Origin: Anthoceros angustus
Taxonomy: Eukaryota > Plantae > Anthocerotophyta
Assembly: GCA_010909165.1 (NCBI GenBank)
Contig: VJWM01000108.1
Location: 997,237 to 1,061,236 of the forward strand
Length of the DNA: 64,000 nt
Reading direction: 5' to 3'
In this document: positions 23,995-36,265 of the stretch, in pieces
Layout: the number at the start of each line of letters is the position of its first letter
Numbering within the stretch: position 1 is the stretch's first letter
Made by a program: the position numbers and the translations under genes
Notes under the pieces: model-generated
Seen by the model: only the letters and a program-made list of their open reading frames with translations
Database searches by the model: none
Told to the model about the DNA's origin: nothing

Positions 23995-24555
23995 CACAAC
24001 GCAATCTACAACATGGGAGCCACATCATCGATCCCCTGTTATAAATGAACTCTAATCATATTTTTGAAATCAATACCAATAATAAAGACTTTTGAAGAAA
24101 TAAAGATCAAATATCAAATTTTGAGAAAAAGATTTTACAATGTAATCTACAACAAGGGAGGCACGTCATCAATCCACCGCTGCAAATGGTCTTCAATAAT
24201 ATTTTTGTGATTAATAACAATAATAAAGAGTTTAAAAATGAAGAACACATTTCGAGAAAAATATTTTACAACGTAATCTACAACAAGGGAGCCACATCAT
24301 CAATCGCTGATATATATTACCTCAAATCATATTTTTTGATTAATAATAAAAAAAAGTTTTAACAGAATAAAGAATACATTTTGAGAAAAATATTTTACAA
24401 TGTAATCTATAACAAGGAAGCCACATCATCAATTGCTATTGTAAATGGCTTCCAATCATATTTTTTTGATTAATGATGATAAAATATTTTTTTTGAAGAA
24501 ATAAAGATCAAAATTTGAGAAAAAAGGCTTTACAACGTAATCTACAACAAGGGCG
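23995..24555. repeat. AT-rich ~130-bp tandem repeat, about 5 units; also at ~48705-49260 and ~53418-53960
   Basis: Recurrent core TTACAA(C/T)GTAATCTACAACAAGGGAGCCACATCATCAAT. Confidence 0.85.
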
Positions 24556-24599
24556 CCCAACGCCCGACAATGGCTGGCCCGACGATGGCTGGCCCGACA

Positions 24600-25573
24600 T
24601 GAGGAGGTTGCTGCTAGCAGTAAGTCATTAGCAAAAATTGCTTCATCTGCCTGCTCATCATTTTGCTGTTGTTCTTCTTCCCCCCCTGCAGGAGCAATCT
24701 CCTCAGGTGCGAAGTCGTGAAAAACAGTGACGTCAGGAAGAGCAGAGAGGTCGAAATCCTCCTGTGTAGTGGGAACAGCTCCCACTTGCGGCCAAGTCCG
24801 GCTTTCATCAAAGGTGACACTGCGTGCGTAGACCACCTTGTTCTGAGGTACGTCATAAAGCTTGTAAGCTTTTATACCTTCAGTGTATCCTATCATAAGG
24901 AATTTCTTGGCCTTAGCAGCTAACTTGGTTCTCTTGGCCTTAGGAATGAAAGCGTAAGCTATGCAACCGAAGGTTCAAGATGAAGGATAGGCGGTTTTCG
25001 CCAAAGAAAGCTTCATAAAGTGCATCCGTATCTCGGTGAGGACGTCACAAAGGAAGCCTGGACCATATCTCAGCTGAAGTCTTGCATCCAGAGGTCTGTC
25101 TCAGCATGTCAGAGGTCAACCCACTCCGGATCAGGTACATGGCAGCTTCATCCCTAATATATTGTCCATGTATCCTGATTCTTCTTTTCAGTAATAGAAG
25201 GAGTGGAGTCGGCAGGTACAATGGCAGGAAACTTGTCCTCCCCTTTGGCCAGCTTCCATAGCTGCTTGTTTTGTAGTGCTCCTTGCATCCGCATAACCTA
25301 GATATCATAATCTGCTCCCCCAAATCTGTCCTTTTCCTTGAAGCCATCTCCACCAAGGTTAGTGTTTGGCTCAGCCATGATTAGGATTTTTGTAGGTCCT
25401 TCCTAGCTGTTAGGATTTTTATGGCTGTTAGACTAATGCTCTTGTCTAACCTAACCTATGTAGGTCAACAGGGCTAATGGTTCAAGGGTATCTAAGATGC
25501 TATTGATGTATCAAAGATGGGCTGCAAACTGCGGCCAGTTTTTACTAAGGGTTAGCAGGGTTAGCATGTCTGT
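24600..25573 (-). mobile_element. Copia family 4 fragment (gag N-terminus joined to integrase C-terminus); continues upstream at 36587-~37270 beyond the Copia-1 insertion
   Basis: MAEPNTNLGGDGFKEKDRF gag start at 25379 and MIGYTEGIKAYKLYD...VVYARSVTFDE integrase tail. The flanks of Copia-1 rejoin to match the uninterrupted copy near 56.84 kb. Confidence 0.8.
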
Positions 25574-25810
25574 TGTTGAAATAACCTCTTTAGCTTATAT
25601 TTGTAATCTAGGCGTATGCATTAGGGTTTGACTATATAAACATTACTTCATGTAATATCACTTGTACATTATTATTTTCTCTTGGCTTTCCTTCGTGCCT
25701 TGTGTGTGCTACCGTGAGCGTCATGTCAAGCTTCCTTGGCATAAATCCAGCGTTCTGTATTTTGGTTATGGTATCAGAGCCGTCATGCTGGTGATTATGT
25801 TGTAACTAAG

Positions 25811-26359
25811 ATGCCGAGGAATAGATCGAACTCTGGACCTGGAGGCAGAGGAGGTTTTGTTAAATCCGTTTCCAGACCTCTAGATAGATGTTCTGTTCCC
25901 TCGAGCATCCCGTGGATTGAGGCTGAGTTAAAGGCTGAGCGTGATCAGAGGGTTCTGGAAAATTACATGCGGAGCAAAGGCCGCAGTAATTCTTATTTTT
26001 CAACGTCACGATTTTCTACTCCTAGGCCGTGTACAACTTGTGGACGCTTTTTCAGACCCGATAGCTCCTCAGCCAGGCCACCCTCTAAGCGGCTATTCTC
26101 AGCCCCACTTTCCTGCACGGAGGACGCCAGTGTATCTACAACAGCAAACGCTGATTCCCAGTCAGAATTACAAAATCTTGAATTCACTTTGAATGCTGCT
26201 ATTCAGCGACAGGAATCTTTCTCAAAGCGAATGGACTCATCAGATATGAAAATTCACAAGTTTGCCGTTAAATTCTCATATGAACTTGATAGATTGACTA
26301 GGCAACTGCAGGTTTTGAACACAACACTTCGCTCCTCTTATGAGGAGCGTTCAGATTGA
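25811..26359 (+). CDS. extra ORF upstream of Copia-1 gag (182 aa; basic N-terminus, CxxC, C-terminal coiled coil)
   Basis: Intact ATG-to-stop ORF starting just after the PBS; contains CTTCG and heptad-like LQNLEFTLN...LDRLTRQLQVLNTTL. Confidence 0.55.
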   Translation: MPRNRSNSGPGGRGGFVKSVSRPLDRCSVPSSIPWIEAELKAERDQRVLENYMRSKGRSNSYFSTSRFSTPRPCTTCGRFFRPDSSSARPPSKRLFSAPLSCTEDASVSTTANADSQSELQNLEFTLNAAIQRQESFSKRMDSSDMKIHKFAVKFSYELDRLTRQLQVLNTTLRSSYEERSD

Positions 26360-26747
26360 TCTAACCTTTGTTTCCTGGTTTTGTCTAGGGTTTTTTGTTG
26401 ATCAGGATAGGTTCTAATGGATGTGCTATCTGTTTCTCTTGTATCCCCCCACCATGAAGCTTCCGCTGAAGCAGCACAGGCGGTTGGTAACCGTTCCTCC
26501 AAACCTTCCTTGCCCTAGGACAGAAAGTCAAAAGTCAGCAGGTTAATTTAGCTTTTTCTGCTGAAACCGTAACCCTAAAAAAAAAAAAAGTGTTTCCTTC
26601 TATAACCGTTTACCTGTTCAGACCTTTGCTCTCCAGCGTATGTCTACTAGAGACCATCTGCTGTTCTTTCCCCTGTCTCCCTACATTTCACGTAGACGTG
26701 GCCTAGGTACCAGTTCCTTACCTCCCAATCCTCTACAACCTGTCGTC

Positions 26748-27587
26748 ATGGCAGCTGCTACTATGTCATTTACCACTGATGTTAAAGATAAGGACAGGTT
26801 CAATGGAACCAAATTTCAGATTTGGCGTGTTCGTATGCAAAGTACCTTAAAAGCACGGGGAGTGTGGTCAGTTGTAGATGGCTCCTACCCAGAACCTGTC
26901 CTCCCAGCTGCTGGTTCCATCCCCGCGACAGGAGCAACTACTGTCACTCAAGTTGATGTTGATAAGTGGAATGGTCTGAACAGTATTGCCGTTGCCATTC
27001 TTATTTATGGACTTGATGAGGTCCTGATTCCGGATGTGGAATCTCTTACAAAAGCACATCAGATCTGGACTCAACTCACTGGTACATATGCCGTTAAAAC
27101 AATGCTTTCAAAGTCTGCAGCAATCCATGAGTTCTATACTTTGAGGATGCGGGAGGGTGATAGTGTGCCTGCCCACACAAGCAAGTTTCGTCACCTTCGC
27201 TCCCGCCTTGCTGAGTTGAACTCGACGATGTCGGATAAGGATGCCGTAGCACAACTGCTGCTCACCCTACCTGCATCATACCAAACATTCGTGTCACTCC
27301 AGAATGGACCTCTTGCTATAGCAGGTCAGAATTTAGCAGCTGGCAACCCGGCTGCCCTTACCTTGGAGAGTGTGATTGCTGCCCTTTATCACGAGGAACA
27401 GAGCCGACTTCGACATACCTCGAGTGGCTCTAGCAGAATCCAAACTGATCGTGTTTTATATACCTCACAGCGTGGAGGTTTTGGAAGAGGGCGAGGTAGA
27501 GGAGGAAGGTCCTCTTTCCAACGTCCACAACAAACCTCTAATGTTGTTGGATCATCTACTTCTAAGAAGCCTAGCAGTTGTAACTAG
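26748..27587 (+). CDS. Copia-1 gag (stop codon inside the zinc knuckle)
   Basis: KDKDRFNGTKFQIWRVRMQSTL...LLLTLPASY...CN*CQTPGHWERD. Confidence 0.85.
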   Translation: MAAATMSFTTDVKDKDRFNGTKFQIWRVRMQSTLKARGVWSVVDGSYPEPVLPAAGSIPATGATTVTQVDVDKWNGLNSIAVAILIYGLDEVLIPDVESLTKAHQIWTQLTGTYAVKTMLSKSAAIHEFYTLRMREGDSVPAHTSKFRHLRSRLAELNSTMSDKDAVAQLLLTLPASYQTFVSLQNGPLAIAGQNLAAGNPAALTLESVIAALYHEEQSRLRHTSSGSSRIQTDRVLYTSQRGGFGRGRGRGGRSSFQRPQQTSNVVGSSTSKKPSSCN

Positions 27588-30500
27588 TGTCAAACACCGG
27601 GACACTGGGAGAGGGACTACTTCGACCCCCGTGGCTGCATCGACCACGCCATGACACTTGCCTGCAACTGTACAAGCCAACTGTGGCATGCTCGACTCGG
27701 CCATGTCAACAAAAATACATTAATAAAAATGACCACTGAGAACTGCTATGCTGAACCACTTCCTTCTTGTTTCAAGGATTTACCAATCATGAGGCATGCT
27801 TGCTTGCAAAACAACGGAGAAGCCGTTTTCCCATGCTGGTTTTCGCATCTTCTCTCGATTTAATTCATGCCGATATCTCTGCAAGTTGCAGACCAAGTCC
27901 ATTGGTGGATCGTCCTATTATCTGACCATTACGGATGATTTTAGTCGCTACATATGGACTTACCCAATGACAAAGAAGAGTGATACGTTCACCTATTTTC
28001 AAGAGTGGTTGCCTATGGCGCAGAGGCAGTCTGGCCATTTCCTCAAGTGCATCTGTTCTAATAATGGGACTGAATTCTGCAACAACCAATTTGATCAGTA
28101 TCTCCAAGAGCATGGCATCATTTGACAACTCACAGTTCCTTACACACCACAGCAGAATGGTGTGGCGGAGCGCAAGAATCAGACCCTTATGGGCATGACG
28201 AGAAGTATGCTAAACCGCGCCTTTACTGCAGAATCAATGAGGCTATTGTGACTTCAACGTACATATGCCGTTAAAACAATGCTTTCAAAGTCTGCAGCAA
28301 TCCATGAGTTCTATACTTTGAGGATGCGGGAGGGTGATAGTGTGCCTGCCCACACAAGCAAGTTTCGTCACCTTCGCTCCCGCCTTGCTGAGTTGAACTC
28401 GACGATGTCGGATAAGGATGCCGTAGCACAACTGCTGCTCACCCTACCTGCATCATACCAAACATTCGTGTCACTCCAGAATGGACCTCTTGCTATAGCA
28501 GGTCAGAATTTAGCAGCTGGCAACCCGGCTGCCCTTACCTTGGAGAGTGTGATTGCTGCCCTTTATCACGAGGAACAGAGCCGACTTCGACATACCTCGG
28601 GTGGCTCTAGCAGAATCCAAACCGATCGTGTTTTATATACCTCACGTGGAGGTTTTGGAAGAGGCGAGGTAGAGGAGGAAGGTCCTCTTTCCAACGTCCA
28701 CAACAAACCTCTAATGTTGTTGGATCATCTACTTCTAAGAAGCCTAGCAGCTTGTAACTAGTGTCAAACACCGGACACCGGGAGAGGGACTACTTGACCC
28801 CGTGGGCTGCATCGACCACGCCATGACACTTGCGCGCATGCAAGCCAAGCGTGGCATGCTCGACTCGGCCATGTCAACAAAAATACATTAATAAAAATGA
28901 CCACTGAGAACTGCTATGCTGAACCACTTCCTTCTTGTTTCAAGGATTTACCAATCTGTGAGGCATGCTTGCTTGCAAAACAACGGGAGAAGCCGTTTTC
29001 CCATGCTGGTTTTCGCACATCTTCTGTTCTCGATTTAATTCATGCTGATATCTCGGCAAGTTGCAGACCAAGTCCATTGGTGGATCGTCCTATTATCTGA
29101 CCATTACGGATGATTTTAGTCGCTACATATGGACTTACCCAATGACAAAGAAGAGTGATACGTTCACCTATTTTCAAGAGTGGTTGCCTATGGCGCAGAG
29201 GCAGTCTGGCCATTTCCTCAAGTGCATCCGTTCTGATAATGGGACTGAATTCTGCAACAACCAATTTGATCAGTATCTCCAAGAGCATGGCATCATTCGA
29301 CAACTCACAGTTCCTTACACACCACAGCAGAATGGTGTTGCGGAGCGCAAGAATCAGACCCTTATGGGCATGACGAGAAGTATGCTAAACTGGGCAGCTT
29401 TACCTGCTGAATACTGGGCTGAGGCTTTTGTGACTTCAACGTACATTCTGAATCGGCTGATAACTACCTCTCTTCAAGGCAAGACCCCTTTCGAAATGTT
29501 TTGGAATAGAAAACCAAGCATCCTACATCTTAGAGTCTTTTGTTCGCCAGCTTTTGCCTACATTCCACAAGTCAAGCGTCAAAAGCTAGATGATAGATCT
29601 AGAGCCTTGCTATTTATTGGCTATAGCGAGGAAGCAAAGGCATATAAGTTAATAGACCCTCTTACCTTTGCCCCAGTCTTAGCAAGGAGTGTTGTCTTTA
29701 AGGAACTTGTGGACCCAGGATCCCCTGTGAGAACAGGAGTGCATGCAGACTCCGATTCTGATTCCTCTGATAATGAGGATATCTTCTCAGACCTGACTGG
29801 TTTTGATACACAGCCCATTCAATTTCCACAGGGTCCTCCTGTTATTCCTCAACCTGTGTTATTGCCTGGCCCAGCACATCAACCTGCAATCGCCCAACCT
29901 TTTTTGCCTCAAGGCCCTTATTCTGACCCCCTGGATGATTTCGAATTGGACCCCCTTGCTGCAGTCCAGGATCCCGATCAGCCTGATCTAGTCCTAGAGC
30001 CTGAACCTTTTTCTGCTCCAGACGAAGCTCCAGTCCTGTCAGATTCAGAGGTAGATCCCTATGTCGTCGTTGCCCCTAGACGGAATCCTCCTCGAGACCA
30101 ATGGGCAGAACCCCCTTATACCTCTGTCGATTTCAGACCCTCTGCCCGTGCAGCTAATCCCGGTAGTTCACCCCTTATCCTTGACCCTGTATCCATGGAC
30201 GAGGCATATGCAGGCCCTGATGCCTCTCATTGGCGAGCTGCCGTTGAGGAGGAGTATCAATCTATTATAAAAAACAAGACTTGGGAGTTAACAAATTTGC
30301 CACCTGGAAGGAAGGCAGTTACTTGCAAATGGGTTTTTAAAACCAAGCTTAATGCTGAGGGCGAGATTGCTCGGTACAAAGCCAGACTCTGCGCTCGAGG
30401 TTTCACCCAAGTCCTTGGTTTAGACTACCAGGAGACTTTCTCCCCTGTGGTCAAGGCACAATCCATCAAAATGCTGTTAGCCCTATCTGCTGAAAAGAAC

Positions 30501-32479
30501 TTGGAGCTACACCAAATGGATGTATGTACTGCTTTTCTACATGGTGAAATCAAGGAAGAAATCTACATGGAACAGCCCCAAGGCTATGTCGACAAGAAAT
30601 TTCCTAACAAGGTACTCAGGCTACTTAAAGCCCTGTATGGGCTCAAACAGAGTGCGATGTTATGGAATGAAAAGCTAGATGCTGAACTCAAGGCTTTGGG
30701 TTTTGTGCAAAGCAAAGCGGACTCGTCTGTTTACTACTTGGTTGATGGCTCTATGTTTTGTATCCTTGTCGCTTATGTGGACGATTGCATCTTCGCCTCG
30801 CAGACACCACCATTCTCAACAGAGTCAAGGATCTTCTCAGCAATAAATTCGAAATGAAAGATGTGGGAGCTTTAAAATTCTGCCTAGGTGTTCAAGTCCT
30901 AAGGAATAGAGAGAAGGGACTCATCATTATACATCAGAAGAAGTACTTAATAGAAATCTTGAGGCGATTTTCCCTTGATCAAGCTAGACCAGTTTCCACT
31001 CCAGGTTCTGTGGGAGTCAAGCTGACTGTAGACCAGTGTGCTGCTACCCTTGAAGAGACTGCCGATATGGAGAAGATTCCTTATAGGCATGCTGTAGTGT
31101 TAAGTTTAGTAAGAGTTACATAACCCTAGCTAATAGTCAGGCGAGTTAGGCTAACCTAGCTCGTTGTTTAACAATGATCCCTACGAAGGTGCCCGGGTTC
31201 CTATAAAAGGACCCCTAATCTATGTACTTTTCCAACTCTTTTCCTAATTCATGCTTCCGCTTTTGTTCTCATCTTAGGAAAGTTCACATGGTATCAGAGC
31301 ACAGCTCGAGGTCTAGCTGGGAGGCGCCACTACCGCCTCCGTGGCGCCCGCCTTCCCCACTCTCCTAGCAAAAAAAAAAAAAAAAAGAGAGGAAGGAAAT
31401 AGAAGGGGGAGGGAGTACTAGCATCCTATTTTCCTTGTTAGGATTTGTAGGCCCCTCCTGCCTCCTCCCCTCTTCCCCTTTTCTCCCATCCATGCAGACC
31501 AGGCAAGAAAAAAAAATCCGGCAACAAGGCATGCAGATCGGTTCCCCACCCAAGTCCCGATCCACGCCAAGGCCGCTTATTAGCGGAATTCCAATGAGCG
31601 CCAATTGACGCGTCAGATTGACCCCAACACGCGACGGCGAGGAGGGCCTCAGCACGGATCTGCAACAGGCCCCGAGGTCGGCACTGCTCATCGGATTTTC
31701 TACAAATTCTAGAAGCCCAGCGGGCTGCGGCAATCGAAGATGCGTTGAAGGCGGACCAGAAGGTTTCTGCGACCGGCACGTCCTTCAAATCTTGGGAGCA
31801 CATCGGCCAATTTCCCTATCCAGACTGCAATTGGGGCAATTGCCCTATCCAGATTGCAATTGGGGCAGGCGCCAAGCCGGGAGTGTGAAGAATCCATCCG
31901 GAGCCGGCCCAGCGCGCAGACATCGCACCCCCACCAATCCAAGATTCCGGTCGATGTGTAAAGGAGGAGCACCGTTCCGGACCTCAAGGATCTTCACCGG
32001 CGTCCCCAGCCAGATCTCCCGAGCAATCAGACCCCGACATCTCCCATTGCTGAAGATCTGGGCGAGCGCGGGGCTGCTGGGGGCGGATTGGGCGCAGGTC
32101 CCCATGCAGGCGCGGGCGCTCAGATCCGGCCAGGTGCGCGCACGTATGCCCCCGTGGGCCTGGAAAACTTCGCAGGCGCGGGCGCTCAGATCTGGCCAGG
32201 CGCGCCCTCAGATGCCTCCGTGGGCGATCCCCAGGCCCGGAGATCGACACCGGCGCGCGGCGCGGCAGGGCACAGATCTGCAGCGCGTGCCCCCACACGA
32301 ATGTAGGCACACTCCTGGGCACGGGTGTGGAGATGGGAGCGGGCGCTGGCGCGGTGATCAGCACGGGCGCAGGCACCGCGGGAGCAGGCGCGGCCAGGCT
32401 GGTTCTAATGGGCAGGCGCACGCGGCGCAGATGCGCGACCCGGGCTCGCGGGAGGCGCGAACCTCCCTGCCATCTGCCG

Positions 32480-32665
32480 GCCCGGAGCCCCAACGGGCGC
32501 GCCCGCGGCAGCCTCGAGACCCCAACGGGCGCGCCCGCGGCAGCCACGGAGCCCCAACGGGCGCGCCCGCGGCCGCCACGGAGCCCCAACCGGCGCGCCC
32601 GCGGCCGCCACGGAGCCCCAACCGGCGCGCCCGCGGCCGCCACGGAGCCCCAACCGGCGCGCCCC
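32480..32665. repeat. GC-rich ~31-bp tandem repeat in the 5' region of the TR-GAG-like element
   Basis: CACGGAGCCCCAAC(G/C)GGCGCGCCCGCGGC(C/A)GC repeated about 6 times. Confidence 0.85.
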
Positions 32666-32753
32666 GAACCCGTTCGGGGACGGGATTATTTAATGGCCCC
32701 CCCCCACGGGGCCCTATTATTATCTTTCATCCTTTCGCAAAACACAGAAGAAC

Positions 32754-32823
32754 ACGCCAACGGGATTCGAACCCACGACCTCCAGCTTTCGCATGGAAGA
32801 ACTAACCGCTACACCAAGTCACT
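32754..32823 (-). ncRNA. tRNA-derived Pol III cassette (SINE-head-like); not a canonical tRNA
   Basis: Minus strand has A box TGGTGTAGCGG, B box GGTTCGAATCC and a downstream TTTT. Acceptor stem pairs poorly and there is no 7-nt anticodon loop. Confidence 0.6.
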
Positions 32824-35788
32824 TGGTTGCAATCGTATGATATTCGCGAGTACTTAAATTGTTCTGGCAGAAGTATAAAGTCCCTCGCAAAATAAAGACA
32901 AGAACAGAAAAAGAAGGATCAGAAAGCAAAAACAACACAAAAGGCAAGGGAGAATCCTCACGTGAGAAAGCAAGCAAGAGAGGGATACTCACCTTCTCCG
33001 AGATATCGTGTCGGCACTTATGGAGGACGGATCCTCGAGCTTCGGGTGATCATGATGGCAGTAAGGTGGACACTGTAGGCTATTACACCGGCCTGCGACG
33101 AGGATTGGACCTGACACCCTATGATCACTTCAATTCACTCTCGACCAATCCTCCTATCGCCATGGCCAACAGTACCCCAGCTACCACTAGCAGGACTCCT
33201 GCTCCAGTTTCTGCGGGATCCATACCAATCTTCATCGACAACATCAAGGAGAAAGACCGGTTCAACGGCCAGCACTACCCAGTATGGCGTGTCCGGATGA
33301 AGTCCGTGTTGGTTGGCAGAGGTGTTTGGAAGGTCGTGGATGGCACCTTCCCCAAGCCGGCCTCTACCTCCGTTCCTCCACCCTCGACTGCCGACGTGGA
33401 GCGATGGGACTACCTCAACGGGATACCTGTGGCACTCCTGATCAGCGGACTCGACTCAAGCCTGGTGCCCAGCGTGGAGTTCCTCACGGAGGCTTCTGCC
33501 ATTTGGGACCAGCTATCAAACACGTACAACGTTAACAATGTTCTAACCTTGTACAGTGTACGACAAGAATTCAACGCCCTCAAGATGAAGGAGTCAGACA
33601 CGGCGGCGGCTCACACATCTAAGTTCCGGCGATTAGGGCGGTAGCCTCTCGGCTCAACGATGACCGAGGCCGACGCCGCCGCTCAACTCCTAATGAGCCT
33701 CCCGGATTCTGACCAGCATTTCGTCACCAGCCTGATGCTGATGGCGACCCGCGGCACCACCAGCTCATCCTCCTCTCTAACAGTGGAGGACATTATTGGT
33801 GCTCTGTATCAGCAGGAATAGAGCCGCCTAGTTTCTGCAGGAGGGTCCAAGCCTGATGCAGACAGGGCGCTTTCCACCCATTTCAAGCTCGGGAGGAATT
33901 CGAAGGGCAAGGCGAATTTCACCCCTAAAGGTGACTCAACCTCTGCCACTCCTCGCCGAGTTGGGAATCGCACAGGCGGAGTCGCCGCCATTGGGCACGA
34001 GTGCCGCAAGAAAAGAGGCCGGAGAGCCGCAGTAACGCCGACCGCTGCCAGCGCCAGCTAAGGAACGCCAACACAGCGGAGGCAAGGACCGTGAAGATAG
34101 TTGCGGTTTGCCTCAACACTCAGTTGCATCAGCATGCGGGGTGGTACCTGGATGGTGGAGCCACCGCCCACATATGCAACGATCATGCTCTATTCACCAA
34201 GCTGGACACTTGCCCTCTGGAGGAAGGAGCGTTACTTGGTGATGAACAGAGTAGAACCAGACTGCCAATCATGGGACAAAGCACTCGCGAACCTCCTCTG
34301 AAGGATGGTTCGGTGCTTACTTTGGAGCCTGCGCTCCCCGTCCCGAAGATGGGCCAGAACCTGGTGTCTATGACTCAGCTGCTGGAGCAAGGCGATCTCG
34401 AGATGCTTGCTTCAAGGGAGTCAAGTTGCTTTTTCAGGACCTCGAATCCTGACTCGAGCCTCTTCACAGCCGTGCCTCAAGACGGCATGAGCAAACTCTC
34501 ATTCACCGGCGGGAGTGGACCCGCCGCCACCCTCCGACAGCCTGGTACCCCTGCAGCCCGCGAGGTGGGAAGACTCAGCTTCAGAGGGAGCGCGCCACAG
34601 AGGAGCGTTGCTCCATGGAAGATAGTCTCCACCGTCGTTACGTTAAATTTTAAGAGGAGTTGTAGCTTAGGTTATGTTACTCTTAAGAGGGAGTGTTAAG
34701 TTTAGTAAGAGTTACATAACCCTAGCTAATAGTCGCGAGTTAGGCTAACCTAGCTCGTTAACAAATGATCCCTACGAAGGGTGCCCGGGTTCCTATAAAA
34801 GGACCCCTAATCTATGTACTTTTCCAACTCTTTTCCTAATTCATGCTTCCGCTTTTGTTCTCATCTTAGGAAAGTTCACATGTAGGCTGCCTAATATTTA
34901 TCTCGAACTGGACACGTCTTGATATAGCTTTTTCAGTTAGTTGCGTTTCCCAATTTCTAGAAAGACCAGGACGAGCACACTGGGCAGCCGTGAAACGAAT
35001 TTATCGTTACCTGAAAGGCACGATGACTCATGGTATTTTCTTCCAAGCTGGCTCCCTATCAGGACTAACCCTCTCAGCTTTCACAGATGCCGACTGGGCT
35101 TCTGACATTGATTCACGGAAGAGTTTATCAACGTACTGTTTCCTGCTGGCTGGAGGGGCCGTTAGCTGGTCTTGTAAGAAACAATCGAGTATTGCACTTT
35201 CATCAACTGAAGCTGAATATATCTCATTGACTGATTCGGCTAAAGAGGCAGAGTGGGCAAGATCTTATCTGAAGGACCTTTATGTTGAGCAGGCCAGTCC
35301 CACCATAGTACATTGTGACAACAGTTCTGCCATTGCTCTCGTGGCCAACCCTCGTTTCCATGCTCGTACCAAGCATATCAAAATCAAACATCATTATATT
35401 AGAGACACTGTGGCCAAAGGAGTGATTCAAGTCAAATATATCCCTACAGCTGACAATACAGCGGATATCTTAACTAAGGCTGCCTGCCACGTACATTCAC
35501 AAAGACATGGAGTCCCTTGGCCTCACGGGACTTGATTTTATCGTAAGGTGATGAAAGGTAAATTCTGATCATAAGTTGACCTTGTGGAGTTGGGGGGGAG
35601 GGGACTTGAGTCCCCTGGTTTTACAAGCTTATCATAATCTAGTTTGTAGAACCCATGCTCACAGGCTGTCCTACCCATCTGTCCTTTTCTGTGCTCTGCA
35701 GCACATCACAACAGGTTTTTTGAATAGGTTAGGCATGGTCAGTATTTACACACAGCAGTCATGGATGAAGCATCATATACCTACCCAA

Positions 35789-36265
35789 TCATGGCTTCTG
35801 TCCTTCAGTTTTCTCTTTCCTTGCTCCTCCGTCCTTTTCTGTGTTTGGTGCACCCTGCCCTTTGTTGTCCTCGTCCTCAGGCAACGGAGTCCTTATTGCT
35901 TCTGCCCACACGACGCGCATCCCTCTAAGGGGATCAGCTGGCAGCGCTTGGATACCAGGCTTGATATCTTCAGTATTCTCAGCGAGGTCTTCTCGCCTCA
36001 ACGTCACCCGAGCTGCAACCTCAAGCTCCCAGCCAAATCCTCTGGCAAACTGCTGGAAATCGAAGGGCTTCCACACCCTTGTCCCGGCAGTTCGAGTTGT
36101 GCTGGCCTCCTGTTTCCTAGTCCTTCTCTTCCTTGGCACAGCGTCATCACCATAGTTTTCAGGTCTGTAGCGAGCCCCGTTTCTGGTTGCCATTTGCTGC
36201 TGCCACTGAATCAAGATGCAAAAGGAAGCCAGGATGATTGCCACCACCGCGAGCAGCTGAGACAT
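35789..36265 (-). CDS. antisense ORF between RNase H and 3' LTR of Copia-1 (158 aa from ATG; N-terminal hydrophobic helix)
   Basis: MSQLLAVVAIILASFCILIQW followed by basic PRKRRTRKQ and a charged tail; no internal stops. Confidence 0.5.
   Translation of the reverse strand: MSQLLAVVAIILASFCILIQWQQQMATRNGARYRPENYGDDAVPRKRRTRKQEASTTRTAGTRVWKPFDFQQFARGFGWELEVAARVTLRREDLAENTEDIKPGIQALPADPLRGMRVVWAEAIRTPLPEDEDNKGQGAPNTEKDGGARKEKTEGQKP

Larger units (their letters stand above)
31098..34880 (+). mobile_element. non-autonomous Copia-lineage LTR element with gag + protease only (TR-GAG-like); LTRs 31098-31288 and 34694-34880, TSD TGTAG
   Basis: TG...CA LTRs, PBS TGGTATCAGAGC at 31289, PPT AAGAGGGAG. 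gag from ATG 33162 (KEKDRFNGQHYPVWRVRMKSVL), protease WYLDGGATAHIC at ~34142. No integrase, RT or RNase H motifs before the 3' LTR. Confidence 0.92.
29061..35535 (+). pseudogene. Copia-1 integrase-RT-RNase H, split by the nested element at 31098-34880
   Basis: 598-aa integrase/RT ORF. PYRHAV|GCLIFISNWTRLDIAFSV is restored when the insert and one TGTAG are removed. RNase H ORF 34990-35535. Confidence 0.9.

Noticed and set aside
31618-32805. 395-aa ORF in the leader of the TR-GAG-like element
   Set aside because: Non-ATG start, extreme GC content and tandem repeats explain the lack of stops; no recognisable domain.
32754-32823. Functional tRNA gene
   Set aside because: Acceptor stem and anticodon loop are non-canonical; kept only as a tRNA-derived cassette.
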